Assembly (NCBI GenBank): GCA_964202905.1
Contig: CAXNJO010000003.1
Coordinates: forward strand, 576,001-640,000
DNA: 64,000 bases
Direction: 5' to 3'
DNA from: Polyangiales bacterium
GTDB lineage: Bacteria; Myxococcota_A; Polyangia; Polyangiales; JADJQN01
Shown: positions 1 to 15,934 of the stretch, in pieces
Position numbering within the stretch: position 1 is the first letter of the stretch
Layout: each line of letters starts with the position of its first letter
Made by a program: the position numbers and the translations under genes
Notes under the pieces: model-generated
Seen by the model: the letters and a program-made list of their open reading frames with translations, nothing else
Told to the model about the DNA's origin: nothing
The model's database searches: none

Positions 1-835
1 CTCCGTGTGGTGCTGGGGCCGCGACGATGCGCGGCTCGGTACCCGCGCCGACCCGCCGGCAGACGCCGGCGCGCCATCGGTCGGAGGCCCGGGTCGCGTC
101 GTGGGTGTGGCGGACGCCGTCGCGGTCGCCGCGAGCGAGGATGCCACCTGCGCGGCCCTCCGCGATGGGCGTGTGCTCTGCTGGGGTCTCGCGACACATG
201 GCCAGCTCGGCGACGGCACGACAGGAGGCGCACGCGCGGTACCCGTGCCCGCCACGCTCCCCGCCGACTTCGTCGCGATCGACATCGCCGGCGGCTCCCA
301 ACACTTCTGCGCACGCGCAGCCGATCGACGGGCGTATTGCTGGGGAAGAACCACCGATGGGGAGGTCGGCGACGGAAGTCGCAACGCCAACGGCGCGATC
401 TGTACGAACAGCACCGTGGAATCGACTCCCGTCTCGTGCATGTTGGCGGCCGTCGATCCCGTGCGCGCGCTCTCCGCGGGCGGCGTCGCGGGCCTCACCG
501 CGCCATCGTGCAGCGACGGGCACACGTGCGCGCTGGTCGAGCAAGCCGCGGACGGTGGAGTGACGACGCGCCTGCGCTGCTGGGGGTCCAACCAGATCGG
601 GCAGTGCGGCGCTCGCAGCATGCTCGTCAACGCACTTTTTGACGGCACGAACGTCCCGCTGGAGACACCGGTCCGCGCCGTGGAGGCCGGCGGACAGCAC
701 ACGTGCGCGGTCACCGGCGAAACCTGGGACCGCGTGTGGTGCTGGGGCCGCTCGTCGACCTTCTCCTACTTGCTGACCGGACCGGCAGCGGCGATCGGCG
801 AGCCCGTTCTCATCCCCGTCCCGGGCACGCGCTGA
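1..835 (+). CDS. RCC1/BLIP-II repeat beta-propeller protein, C-terminal part (runs off window start)
   Basis: Repeated VxCWG-x5-GQLG / HTCA units, e.g. GRVLCWGLATHGQLGDG and AGGQHTCAV. Confidence 0.85.
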   Translation, partial: SVWCWGRDDARLGTRADPPADAGAPSVGGPGRVVGVADAVAVAASEDATCAALRDGRVLCWGLATHGQLGDGTTGGARAVPVPATLPADFVAIDIAGGSQHFCARAADRRAYCWGRTTDGEVGDGSRNANGAICTNSTVESTPVSCMLAAVDPVRALSAGGVAGLTAPSCSDGHTCALVEQAADGGVTTRLRCWGSNQIGQCGARSMLVNALFDGTNVPLETPVRAVEAGGQHTCAVTGETWDRVWCWGRSSTFSYLLTGPAAAIGEPVLIPVPGTR

Positions 836-870
836 ACGCCCGATCCGGCGCATCGATGCGCCGACGCCGC

Positions 871-911
871 ACAGCCAGCCGGCTGGCTGTCACGGCCAGC
901 CGGCTGGCTGT
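871..911. repeat. Two tandem 20-bp palindromes (REP-like)
   Basis: ACAGCCAGCCGGCTGGCTGT (871-890, perfect palindrome) and ACGGCCAGCCGGCTGGCTGT (892-911) between convergent genes; related copies at 35932-35990. Confidence 0.75.
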
Positions 912-971
912 TCACCCCCACCTCGCAGGCGCCCTTCGCACGGCGCCGCGGTCTTCGTCGCAGCGGCGCGC

Positions 972-2915
<1,944 letters not shown>

Positions 2916-2938
2916 CGTCGTGCCCTCCCGCTTCGCGC

Positions 2939-6532
<3,594 letters not shown>

Positions 6533-6568
6533 GCCGCCTCCCCCTCCGTCACGCAGCGCCGACTCTGG

Positions 6569-6586
6569 CACTGACGTCAGTGTCAG
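6569..6586. promoter_or_regulatory. Palindromic putative TetR operator
   Basis: Perfect 14-bp palindrome CACTGACGTCAGTG (6569-6582) overlapping CTGAC-N6-GTCAG (6571-6586), between the activase and the divergent tetR. Confidence 0.55.
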
Positions 6587-6708
6587 CGGCGGAGATTACC
6601 TCTCGAGGTAGGCACGGACACCGCGGACGTGATGGCGGCGGCAGAATTTTCCGGCGCGCGCGCGCCCACGCGCGCGCGGCGCGCCGCCGCGCATGGTAGC
6701 TTCGACGC

Positions 6709-7439
6709 GTGTCGTCGCCCCGCACCGCTGCACGGCGCGCACGGTCGAGCGCGGCCGGTGCTGGCGCGCAGCCCGGCGACGACGCGTCCTCCACCGCGCC
6801 GCGCGGCGATGCCCGGCGCGCGGAGCGCCGCGTCGCGCTGCTCGCCGCCGCGCGCGACGTGTTCGCCGAGCGCGGCTACGGGGCGGCGACGGTCGACGAC
6901 GTGGTCGCTCGGGCGGGCGTCGCGCGGGGCACGTTCTACTTGTATTTCAAGGACAAACGCGATGTCTTCCGCGCGCTCGTCGACGACTTCTTCGCGCGCG
7001 TCGCGGCGAGCATCCGGCCGATCGACGTCGCACATCCGACGGAGCCGCCCGCCGCGCAGCTCCGCGCGAACCTCGCGCGCATCGTGGCGCTCGCGCTCTC
7101 GGAGCCCGCGCTGATGACGCTCGTGCTGCGCGACGCCGCGGGCCATGCGCCGGAGGTCGGAGGCGCCCTCGAGGCCTTCTACGAGGGCCTGCACGGGCTG
7201 CTCGACGAGAGCTTCGCGCTCGGACAGCGGATCGGGCTGGTGCGCGGGGGCGACCGCCGCGTGATGGTGGCGATCGGCCTCGGCGGGCTGAAGGAGCTCG
7301 TCTACGACGCCGTGCGCGGGGCGATGCCGCGGAGCGCGGACGTGCTCGTCGAGGAGATGATGCGCTTCCTCGGGGGGGCCTGCTCGCGCCGGCCCCCCCG
7401 GGAAACGATGCGCCGCTCAGCCGCCCGCGGACGCGCTGA
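6709..7439 (+). CDS. TetR/AcrR family regulator (frameshift in a G7 run near the C-terminus)
   Basis: HTH AARDVFAERGYGAATVDDVVARAGVARGTFYLYFKDK. The frame runs on past the G-run at 7372-7378; one extra G gives FLGGGLLAP...* ending at 7439. Confidence 0.8.
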
Positions 7440-8637
7440 CCGAGGCCGAGACCTCGATGCTCACCGAGACCGAGACGGTCGCGGGCGCGAGCGACGCCGC
7501 GGCCGAGCTGATGCACGAGGCCGCCGAGAGGCCGAGCGTGCCGACCGCGCCCGGGAGCTGACGGGCCGTGCGGCCCATCGCCTCCGCCGAGGCCGCGAGA
7601 CGGCGGAGCTTGAGTTCCGTGACGCGCACGTTCGCGAGGCCGATGCGCAGCGCCGCCTTGAGGTGGTTGACGCGCTCCTCGAGGTTCGAGGAGACGTTGC
7701 CCGTGATGGTGACGTCGACGGAGCCCGGCGTGCACTCGGCCTGCGCGTTGAGACGCGCGTCGCACGACGCCTGACACTCGGCCTCGATGCGCGGCGGCGT
7801 CACGGTTCCGGTGCAGCGCGGTGCGGTCATCTCGACCGAGCAGCCCCCGCGGCACTCACCCTGGCAGCTCGCCTGCGCCTGCACGACACACTGGCCTTGG
7901 CACGAGCCCGTGCAGCCCGCCGAGCAGGTGCCGCGGCAGGTGCCCTGGCACGCGCCGTTGCAGGAGCCGTCCGCGGCGCGCGTGCGGCAGGTGCCTTCAC
8001 AGGTGCCCTGGCAGACGCCGGTGCAGCCCGCCGAGCAGGTGCCCTCGCAGGAGCCGCTGCACGTGCCGCTCGCCTCGACCGCGCAGCTGCCGGTGCACTG
8101 CGCCGAGCACCCGCCGCGGATCTCGCCGCCCTCGCACTGGATCTGCGCGCTGCCCGGCGTGTACGAGGCGTCGCAGCCCGCGGCGCACTGGGCGTACGCG
8201 TCGACGCTCACTTCGCAGACGGGGGGCGTCGAGACGACCTGGATCTGCAGGCGCGCCGAGGCGCGCAGATCGCTCATCTCTGCGCGGAGCTTCTGGGCGA
8301 CGGCGTCGCACGCGACCTTGACTGCGGGCGTGTTGCCGCTCGCCGTCATCTGGCTCTCGGGGATGCCGAGCTCGGCGCCCATCTGGAGGCAGGTGTCCTT
8401 GAGGGACGACTCGAGCTCCGCGGCCGTGCCGGTGAAGGTCGAGGTGGCCTGCAGGAAGGCCTCGAGCTTGCCGGCCGCCGCGCTCGCGCCGAAGTCGCGG
8501 TCACAGCGCGCCTCGCCGCCACCCATGCCGCCCCCGGAGAGGCCGCCTGTACCGCCGAGCGTCCCGAACCCGCTGCCGCAGGCCGTCGCCAGGACGGCCG
8601 CCGCACACAACATCACACCCGACTTGAGTCGATTCAT
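7417..8637 (-). CDS. Cys-rich lipoprotein with CxGxC repeats
   Basis: Lipobox VLATAC; long CSGSCEGTCSAGCTGVCQGTC run; helical C-terminus. Confidence 0.8.
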   Translation of the reverse strand: MNRLKSGVMLCAAAVLATACGSGFGTLGGTGGLSGGGMGGGEARCDRDFGASAAAGKLEAFLQATSTFTGTAAELESSLKDTCLQMGAELGIPESQMTASGNTPAVKVACDAVAQKLRAEMSDLRASARLQIQVVSTPPVCEVSVDAYAQCAAGCDASYTPGSAQIQCEGGEIRGGCSAQCTGSCAVEASGTCSGSCEGTCSAGCTGVCQGTCEGTCRTRAADGSCNGACQGTCRGTCSAGCTGSCQGQCVVQAQASCQGECRGGCSVEMTAPRCTGTVTPPRIEAECQASCDARLNAQAECTPGSVDVTITGNVSSNLEERVNHLKAALRIGLANVRVTELKLRRLAASAEAMGRTARQLPGAVGTLGLSAASCISSAAASLAPATVSVSVSIEVSASVSASAGG

Positions 8638-8729
8638 CACGCTGTCTCTCCCGATGACGTGAGGCGGCGCGCCGTCGCGGGGACGCGCAGGCGCGTCAGG
8701 CGCCGCCCCCCGGGACAGGCGCGACGCGC

Positions 8730-9179
8730 TCAGTAGTTCTGCTTTTTGGCGCTGTTCGGGCCTGTCTGCTCGCCGAGGCCTTCGACGACGCTGCCGCCCA
8801 TGTCCTCGTACTTGAACGCCTTCGAGATCCGCCAGGCCGGGCCGTTGTCGGCGCGGATCGTGATGTCGACGGGGCCCGGGGCATCCACCTGCGGCGACAC
8901 CGCGAGGAGCGTCTCCGGGTTGAGGATCGTGACGTTTCCGGCGCGCTTGCTACCGAAGTAGACCGTGTAGCCGATGTCGTTGCGGAAGTGCTGACCGAGG
9001 ATTTTGATCGGCTGATCGCCGATCGTCGCGCCGGCGCGCGGGTCGACGTTGAGGATGACCGTGTCGCCCTCGCTCGCGCCGCAGCCCGCCGTGCTGGCGG
9101 CGACGGCGCCGCCGGCGATGGCCAGCGACGCGACGAGGCCGGAGACCGATGCAGTGAGCGCGCGGTGACGGTGCGTCAT
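8730..9179 (-). CDS. IPT/TIG domain protein, probable lipoprotein
   Basis: GGAGGA RBS; signal ending AGC; VDPRAG...IKILGQHF...VYFG...PGPVDITI...FKY. Confidence 0.75.
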   Translation of the reverse strand: MTHRHRALTASVSGLVASLAIAGGAVAASTAGCGASEGDTVILNVDPRAGATIGDQPIKILGQHFRNDIGYTVYFGSKRAGNVTILNPETLLAVSPQVDAPGPVDITIRADNGPAWRISKAFKYEDMGGSVVEGLGEQTGPNSAKKQNY

Positions 9180-9547
9180 GGTTCCTCCAGGAGGCGACCC
9201 GGGTGGGCCGCAGGGCGCGCGTGGGCGCCCGGTCGAGCGGCGCGGACGATACGTCGCGGGCGCTTCGCGGGTCAAGCCACGCTTGACACCCGGCGGCCAC
9301 GATCCGCAGACTTCGACGGCCTGAGCGCAGGCGGCGCGCGTGCAACCGCTGACAGTGTCCGTGCGTGGACCGCTGGAATCTCCGCCCGCCGTGCCGGGTT
9401 GTGCCAGCGCTGGAGTGACCCGATATCCCGGATCCAAGGGCTTTTCGGCCGACGAGGTCGGAGGCACGAAGCCTGCACCAGGTCGGAACGAAGCCCGCGC
9501 GGGGGCACGCGGACCGGGGCGACACCGTCAGACAGGGAGACCACGGC

Positions 9548-10810
9548 ATGGCGAAGAAGGGCAAGCGCAAGAAGAGCGGCGAAGTGGGTCAGGCCGGCGT
9601 CTCCGTTCGCCCCGAGGCGGCTGCCGCCGAGAGCAGCAACGTCATCCAGTTCCCCGCGAAGGGCGCGCGGCTCGCCGGGGCGACGACGCAGATCGCGATC
9701 GGGTCCGGCACGGTCGTCGCGCACGACGCGGACGACGGCGAGTCCGAGGACGAAGGCGCACGCGCCTCGGTCCCGCCGGCCGCCGAACCGGCGGCGAAGG
9801 AGGCGGCGCTGGCCCGCGACGCAACCGACGCCCCCGCGCCACAGCGGCGCCGCCACAGCACCCCGACGCCGTCGCGCGGCCTCGCCGCCGTGCGGGCGGA
9901 TGGCACCGTCGCCTCGACGACCGGCGAGCACGCCGCGGTCAGCGACGATTTCTTCGGGGCGGAGCTCTACCCGACGCAGGACACGGGAGAGCCCGAAAAC
10001 TGGGACGACCTGAAGATCGCCGAGCCGATCTCGGCGAGCACGCGGCGCGCCATGGTCGCGACGGCCGCGATCCTCGGCGGTTTCCTGCTGCTCGGCGGCG
10101 CCTACCTCTTCGTGCAGAAGGTGGTGATGCCGCAGCCCGAGCAGTTGGGCGGCCCGCCGCCCGTCGCGACGCTCCCGACGCCCATCGCTGCGCCCGAGCC
10201 TGCCGAAGCGCCCTTCGCGGCGCCGCCGGCACCAGTGGCGCCCCCCGACCCCGCGCTGGCCGACCCCGCGCTGGCCGACCCCGCGCTGGCCGCGGCCCCC
10301 GTCGAGGGCGAGGCGATCCCCGAGGGCGTGGCGCCGCCGACGGACGACCCGACGGCGCCAACCGAGGCGCCCGCTGCAGCGCCGGCCGCCGTCGCCGCCG
10401 TCGTGCCCCCTGCCGCTGCGCCGCCTGTCGCCGCACCGGCTGTCGCCGCACCGGCTGTCGCCGCACCGGCCGCTGCAACGGGCGACGTCGCCTCGCTGCT
10501 CGAAGCCGCCAAGCAGCTCCGCGGCGCGCGCAAGCTCGCTGCCCTCAACGATCTCGCCGCGGCGAACCCGAGCAACGCCGAGGTCCTCGCGGTGCTCGGC
10601 TTCGAGTACCTCCAGCGCTCGGACAACCGCCGCGCCCTCGAGTTCGCCGCGCGCGCCGTCGCGATCGATCCGACGAGCTCGCAGGGCTGGATCACCGTGG
10701 GCTCCGCCCAGGGTGGACTCGGCAACAGAGCGGCCTCGCAGGCCGCGTACCGCAGCTGTGCCGAGCGCGGGCAGGGGCGCTTCGTCCGCGATTGTCGCGC
10801 GATGCGCTGA
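9548..10810 (+). CDS. Single-pass membrane protein with Pro/Ala linker and C-terminal TPR
   Basis: GGGAGA RBS; TM AILGGFLLLGGAYLFV; TPR ALEFAARAVAIDPTSSQGWITVG. Confidence 0.75.
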   Translation: MAKKGKRKKSGEVGQAGVSVRPEAAAAESSNVIQFPAKGARLAGATTQIAIGSGTVVAHDADDGESEDEGARASVPPAAEPAAKEAALARDATDAPAPQRRRHSTPTPSRGLAAVRADGTVASTTGEHAAVSDDFFGAELYPTQDTGEPENWDDLKIAEPISASTRRAMVATAAILGGFLLLGGAYLFVQKVVMPQPEQLGGPPPVATLPTPIAAPEPAEAPFAAPPAPVAPPDPALADPALADPALAAAPVEGEAIPEGVAPPTDDPTAPTEAPAAAPAAVAAVVPPAAAPPVAAPAVAAPAVAAPAAATGDVASLLEAAKQLRGARKLAALNDLAAANPSNAEVLAVLGFEYLQRSDNRRALEFAARAVAIDPTSSQGWITVGSAQGGLGNRAASQAAYRSCAERGQGRFVRDCRAMR

Positions 10811-10902
10811 AGCGCGCGGTGGAGGGAACCGCGCAGCACCGCTGACGCAGGCCGCGGAGCGCCGTTGAAGCGGGCCGCGCGGCTCCGCCATACTGCGCCG
10901 CC

Positions 10903-12138
10903 ATGACCTCCCCCCACGCCGCGCGCGGCGATCACGACGCCCTCCTCCTCGACGCCGTCCGCACGCCCATCGGCCGGCACCGAGGCGCCCTCGCCCGCGT
11001 GCGCGCGGACGACCTCGCCGCCGACCTCATCACGGCGCTGCTCGGGCGCACGGGAGGCGCGCGCGAAGCCGTGTCGGAGGTCGTCCTCGGCGCGACCAAC
11101 CAGGCGGGCGAGGACAACCGCAACGTCGCGCGCATGGCCGCGCTGCTCGCGGGGCTGCCGGACGCGGTCACCGGCGTGACCGTGAACCGGCTCTGCGCGT
11201 CGGGGCTCGAGGCCATCGTGCAGGCGGCCCGCGCCGTGCGGCTCGGCGAGGCGGATGTCCTCGTCGCGGGCGGCGTCGAGTCGATGACGCGCGCCCCTTG
11301 GTCGATGCCGAAGCCCGACGAGCCCTTCGCGCGGACGCCGCCGCCCGTCTACGACACGAGCCTCGGCTGGCGCTACCCGAACCCGCGCCTCGCGGCCCGT
11401 TTTCCCCTGATTTCCATGGGCGAGACGGCCGAGAACGTCGCAGAAACATACGGTATTTCGCGCGCGGACCAGGACGCGTTCGCCGTCGAGTCCCACCGGC
11501 GCGCGCACGCGGCCTGGGAGGCGGGGGACTTCGCGGCCGAGGTCGTGCCCGTGACGGTTCCGGCCGCCGAGAAGAAGGCCGCGCCCGCGGTCGTGTCGCG
11601 CGACGAGTGCGTCCGCGCGGACGCGAGCGTGGAGAAGCTCGCGACCCTCGCGGCGGTGTTCCGCAAGGGCGGGAGCGTCACCGCGGGCAACTCCTCGCCG
11701 CTGAACGACGGCGCGAGCGCTGTGCTCGTCGCGTCGCGCGCGTGGGCGAAGGCGCATGGCGCGCGGCCGCTCGCGCGGATCGTCGCGACCGGCGTCGCGG
11801 GCGTCGACCCGAACCTGATGGGGATCGGCCCCGTGCCGGCGACGCGGATCGCGCTCGCGCGCGCCGGGATCGGCGTCGCGGACCTCGATCTCGTCGAGCT
11901 GAACGAGGCGTTCGCCGCGCAGTCCCTCGCGTGCATCCGAGAGCTGGGCCTCGACCCGGCGAAGGTGAACGTGCAAGGCGGCGGCATCGCGCTCGGGCAC
12001 CCCATCGGCTCGAGCGGCGCGCGCATCGTCGGCACGCTCGCGCACGCGATGCGGCGGCGCGGCGCGCGCTACGGCCTCGCGACGCTGTGCGTCGGCGTCG
12101 GCCAGGGGCTCAGCGTCGTGCTCGAACGCGAAGACTGA
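10903..12138 (+). CDS. Acetyl-CoA C-acyltransferase (thiolase, PaaJ/PcaF-like)
   Basis: [35 protein letters not shown]. Confidence 0.95.
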   Translation: MTSPHAARGDHDALLLDAVRTPIGRHRGALARVRADDLAADLITALLGRTGGAREAVSEVVLGATNQAGEDNRNVARMAALLAGLPDAVTGVTVNRLCASGLEAIVQAARAVRLGEADVLVAGGVESMTRAPWSMPKPDEPFARTPPPVYDTSLGWRYPNPRLAARFPLISMGETAENVAETYGISRADQDAFAVESHRRAHAAWEAGDFAAEVVPVTVPAAEKKAAPAVVSRDECVRADASVEKLATLAAVFRKGGSVTAGNSSPLNDGASAVLVASRAWAKAHGARPLARIVATGVAGVDPNLMGIGPVPATRIALARAGIGVADLDLVELNEAFAAQSLACIRELGLDPAKVNVQGGGIALGHPIGSSGARIVGTLAHAMRRRGARYGLATLCVGVGQGLSVVLERED

Positions 12139-12210
12139 CGACGACGCGCGCTCGATTCAGCGCCGATCGCCGCGGCGCGGCGTGGTGCCTGGCGGCGACG
12201 CGCCCGCAGT

Positions 12211-12957
12211 TCAGCGCGACGCGCGGGCCGCGAGGAGCGCGTCGACGACCTCGACGACGGACGCGACCCGGGGCGCACCCGTGTAGTCCGCGTAGTGCCC
12301 GAGGGGGTCGACGAGCACCGCGCGGAGGCCCGCGCCGCGCGCGCCGTCGATGTCGACCGAGGGGAGATCGCCCACGTAAAGGGCCCGCGACGCCGCGACG
12401 CCGAGCCGCGCGAGGGCGCGCCGGAAGATCTCCGGGTCGGGCTTGCGAACGCCCTCGAGCGCCGAGTCGACGACGCAGGCGAACGCGCCCTCGAGGCCGA
12501 CGTGCGCGAAGAGCGCGTCGAGCCGACCCTCGGAGTTGGACACCACGCCGAGCCGGAGGCCCCCTGCGCGGGCCCGTGCGAGGGCCTCGGGCACACCGGG
12601 CGGCACGCGGCGCCAGAGGTTCAGCGTGTCGTGCGCGCGGCGCAGGACCGGCACGACGGCGCGCGCATCGGACTCGGCGATCCCGAGCGCGCCGAAGAGC
12701 GCGACGAAGAAGAGCGTCCACCCGTCCTCGTGCGCGCCGCCCGCTGCGAGCAGGGCCTCGTAGCGACGCTTCGCCACGGCCTCGGCGACGCGCAGCGCAA
12801 CGCCCGTGATCGCGCCACCGTCCGGCGCCCGGAGCGTGTCGCGGACGAGCGTGGCGACCGCGTCGTGATCGAGGAAGACGAGCGTGTTTCCGGCGTCGAG
12901 CAGGACCGCGTCGACGGTCGTCCATTCCGCGGCCTCGAGCGCACGCGGGGAGTTCAC
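12211..12957 (-). CDS. HAD-superfamily hydrolase
   Basis: LLDAGNTL, VVSNSE, KPDPEIF, YVGD...DIDGA; GTG start next to the upstream gene's stop. Confidence 0.85.
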   Translation of the reverse strand: MNSPRALEAAEWTTVDAVLLDAGNTLVFLDHDAVATLVRDTLRAPDGGAITGVALRVAEAVAKRRYEALLAAGGAHEDGWTLFFVALFGALGIAESDARAVVPVLRRAHDTLNLWRRVPPGVPEALARARAGGLRLGVVSNSEGRLDALFAHVGLEGAFACVVDSALEGVRKPDPEIFRRALARLGVAASRALYVGDLPSVDIDGARGAGLRAVLVDPLGHYADYTGAPRVASVVEVVDALLAARASR

Positions 12958-12958
12958 C

Positions 12959-13342
12959 TCAGAGCAGGTCGAGCAGGCGCTTCGCGCGCGCCTCGGCCGC
13001 CTCGAGCAGCTCCTTCGCCTCGTCCGGCGGGACGCGCAGCCGCGCGACGAGGTCCGCGAGGATCTGCTTCTCCTGCTCCGACTGGTGCCCGTCGATGTAG
13101 GTGACGATGAGCGCGTGCTGCAGGAGGATGCGGCGGTCCTCGGCGCCGAGCTCCGTGAGCGGCACATCTTCGAGCGTGCGGGGCGTGCGCGCATACGCGC
13201 GGAGCGCGTCGGCGTCCGCGCCGTGCACGTCGAACGCCGAGAGCAGCGCCTCGATGACCTCGTGCTCTTCGCCGTCCATGCGCCCGTCGGCCCACGCGAC
13301 CGCGACGAGCGACTTGAGCATGGCTTCCTGATGTTCCTGCAT
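12959..13342 (-). CDS. TerB (tellurite-resistance) family protein
   Basis: VAVAWADGRMDGEE and IVTYIDGHQSEQE; GGAGG RBS. Confidence 0.8.
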   Translation of the reverse strand: MQEHQEAMLKSLVAVAWADGRMDGEEHEVIEALLSAFDVHGADADALRAYARTPRTLEDVPLTELGAEDRRILLQHALIVTYIDGHQSEQEKQILADLVARLRVPPDEAKELLEAAEARAKRLLDLL

Positions 13343-13429
13343 GCGCGCTGCCCTCCGTGACGGCGGACGGTAGCAGAGCAGCGCGCGCCGCGGGAAGCGG
13401 CCCCCGCACGTCGGCGCGGCGGTGCCCCC

Positions 13430-15934
13430 CTACTCTTCCACGCTCGACCAGAAGGCGTCGGCGCGGCGGCGGCACTCGCGGCGCGCTTCGCGGAACGCGT
13501 CGTCCGCGCGAAGCGGCCCGAGCGAGGGGCAGCGGTCGAGCCACTCGACGTCCGCGAGCCCCGCCTCGACCGCGCGCCCGAGGTAGCGCACCGCGTCCGG
13601 CACGCGCCCGAGCCCCGCGAAGATCTCGGCGCCGCTCTGCAGCGCGAGCCGGAGAAAGCGCGGGCTGACGACCGCGGGGATGAGCGCGCCGAAGATCGCC
13701 TCGCCCTCCGCGGCGCCGATGTCTCCGAGCGCGAGGCGCAGGTAGAGCGCCGAGAAACGCGCGACGGGGTCGTCGCTCTCGTCGAGCGTCGGCAGCAGCG
13801 CCCGCTGCCCCTCGACGTCGCGGTACCACACGGCGATGCGGGCCTGCAGCGCGAGGAGTTGCGCACCGCCGCCCGCGTCGTGCACCGCGAGCACCCGCCG
13901 GCTGGCCTCGCGATCGCCCGCGAGCGCGAGCGTGCGTGCGAGGTCGCGCGCGGCGACGATTAACGTCGGGTCGAGCTCGAGCGCGGCCCGGAGATGGCGC
14001 ACGCCGCGCTCGAGACGCCCCGTCTCCACCGCCATGGCGCCGAAGGCCTGGTGCGCGGCCGCGAAGGTGGGCGCGATCGCGACGGCGCGAGAGAGCGAGC
14101 GCCCGGCGCCCGCGTAATCCGAGACGTGCACCGCGTAGAGGCCCGCCGCGAGCTGCGTCTCGGCGACGTCGGGCGCGTGCAGCCGGGCGCGCTCGACGCT
14201 GCGCGCGACCGCGTCCGCGAAGCCCACCGGATCGACGGAGGACGGCGCGAACCACGCGCGCAGCGAGGCGAGCGCATGTCCAGCGAGGGCCGGCGTGAAG
14301 GAGGGCGCGCGCGCGAGCGCCTCGTCGAAGAGCGCGACCGCGCCCCCCGGCCCGTCGAGCCGCGTGAGCGCGAGCGCGCGCCGCCCGCGCATGTAGGAAT
14401 CCACCGCTTCGGCCGACGCCGCGCCGCGACGCGCGCCGACGTCGAGCGACACGCGGAGCGCCTCCGCGACGCGCCGGCTCACGCGCTCCTGCACCTCGAA
14501 GACATCCTCGAGCTGCGCGTCGAAGCGATCGCTCCACAGCTGCGTGCCGGACGCGACGTCGACGAGCCGCACGCTCAGGCGGAGCGCGTCCGCGGTGCTC
14601 TGCACGGTGCCGTCCACGACCGCGTCGACGCCGAGCGCGAGCCCGACGCGCTTCGGGTCGCGATCGTCCCGGAATCGCGCGGTCGCGGCGCTCCCTGCGA
14701 GGCGCAGCCCGCGCGTACGCGAGAGCACATCCGTCAGTTCCTCGGCGAGCCCGTCCCCCAGGTACGCGAGCTCGGCGGGGCCCCGGTATCGGAACGGCAA
14801 AACCGCGAGCGCGCGCACCGGCGCGACCGGCGGCACGCCCGACTGCGCATCCGAGGGCGCGCGCGATTCGTCGCCGGGCGTCCGCGTCGAGGCCACGCCG
14901 AGGAGCCCGCTCTCATACAGCTCCGTCCGCGCCTGCGCCTCGCCCGACGCCTCTGCGACGCCGGCCTCGCCGTCCTGCGGCGTCTCTTGCGCGCCGACCG
15001 AGAGTCCGTGAGCGCGCAGCCAGACACGCAGAGCCGCCGCGACCGCGCGGCCGTCCGCGGGGCGTCCCTCGGGCTCGCGCGAGAGGCAGGCGAGCACCAG
15101 CTCTGCGAGCGCGTCGTCGATCGCGACGGCTGCGCGCGGATCGGGCGGCGGCTGCTGGAGCCGGGCGAGCGCGGTCGCGATCGGCGTGTCGCCCCGGAAG
15201 GCGTGCGTACCGACCACCATCTCGTAGAGGAGCAAGCCGAGCGCGTAGACGTCGGTGCGCGCGTCGACGGGCAGGGCCTGCACCTGCTCGGGCGCCATGT
15301 AGAGCGGGGTGCCCACCGGGCCGAGCGTCCGGTGCAGCGAGGCCTCGTCGGCGAGGCCGCGCGCGATGCCGAAATCCGTGAGCACGACGCGGCCGGTCGC
15401 GTCGAGGAGCACGTTCGCGGGCTTGAGATCGCGGTGCACGACGCCGGCCGCGTGCGCCGCGCCGAGCCCATCGGCGACGGCGATCGCGAGGCGGACGGCG
15501 CGCTCGGGGGCGAGCTGTTTGTCGCGCTCGAGCAGCGCGTCGAGGTCGCCGCCCTCGACGTATTCCATCGTCAGGAAGTGCACGCCGGCGTGCTCGCCGA
15601 GGTCGTGGACGCGCGCGACGCACGGGTGCGAGACGCGGCGCGCGAGGCGGACCTCGCGCTTGAAGCGCTCGATGGACGCGGGGGATGGTGCCCGCGGGAA
15701 GCCGAGCTCGAGGGTCTTCAGCGCGACGCGGTCGCCGAGCAGCTCGTCGACGGCGAGGTAGACCGCGCCCATGCCGCCGCGCCCGAGCAGCCGCTCGACG
15801 CGGTAGCGCCCCGCGAACACCGCGCCCTCGCGCGGGCCGCCCGGCTGCGGCGCTTCGGGGCCCGCGGCCGCGGCGTGCTCGGCGGCGAGCGCGTCGCTGG
15901 TCGGCGGGAGTCGGGGGTCGGCGGATGGTCGCAA
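13430..15934 (-). CDS. Ser/Thr protein kinase with TolB-like and TPR domains
   Basis: GRGGMGAVY, VALK, HRDLKPAN, DFGIA, GTPLYMAPE; LAVLPF...GLAEEL TolB-like segment; start codon uncertain (TTG). Confidence 0.9.
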   Translation of the reverse strand: MRPSADPRLPPTSDALAAEHAAAAGPEAPQPGGPREGAVFAGRYRVERLLGRGGMGAVYLAVDELLGDRVALKTLELGFPRAPSPASIERFKREVRLARRVSHPCVARVHDLGEHAGVHFLTMEYVEGGDLDALLERDKQLAPERAVRLAIAVADGLGAAHAAGVVHRDLKPANVLLDATGRVVLTDFGIARGLADEASLHRTLGPVGTPLYMAPEQVQALPVDARTDVYALGLLLYEMVVGTHAFRGDTPIATALARLQQPPPDPRAAVAIDDALAELVLACLSREPEGRPADGRAVAAALRVWLRAHGLSVGAQETPQDGEAGVAEASGEAQARTELYESGLLGVASTRTPGDESRAPSDAQSGVPPVAPVRALAVLPFRYRGPAELAYLGDGLAEELTDVLSRTRGLRLAGSAATARFRDDRDPKRVGLALGVDAVVDGTVQSTADALRLSVRLVDVASGTQLWSDRFDAQLEDVFEVQERVSRRVAEALRVSLDVGARRGAASAEAVDSYMRGRRALALTRLDGPGGAVALFDEALARAPSFTPALAGHALASLRAWFAPSSVDPVGFADAVARSVERARLHAPDVAETQLAAGLYAVHVSDYAGAGRSLSRAVAIAPTFAAAHQAFGAMAVETGRLERGVRHLRAALELDPTLIVAARDLARTLALAGDREASRRVLAVHDAGGGAQLLALQARIAVWYRDVEGQRALLPTLDESDDPVARFSALYLRLALGDIGAAEGEAIFGALIPAVVSPRFLRLALQSGAEIFAGLGRVPDAVRYLGRAVEAGLADVEWLDRCPSLGPLRADDAFREARRECRRRADAFWSSVEE

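Noticed and set aside
6709..8736. 675-aa TetR fusion protein in the ORF track
   Set aside because: Artefact of the frameshift at the G-run; the extension is antisense to the Cys-rich lipoprotein
9474..9500. CAGGTCGGAACGAAGC resembling SRP RNA domain IV in a 370-bp divergent gap
   Set aside because: Loop is one base short, AGCAG is absent and no long flanking helix is evident; an Rfam scan would settle it
10245..10470. 15-bp tandem repeats (also at about 28521-28565)
   Set aside because: Simply encode Pro/Ala linkers (DPALA, APAVA, SAVVP) inside CDS
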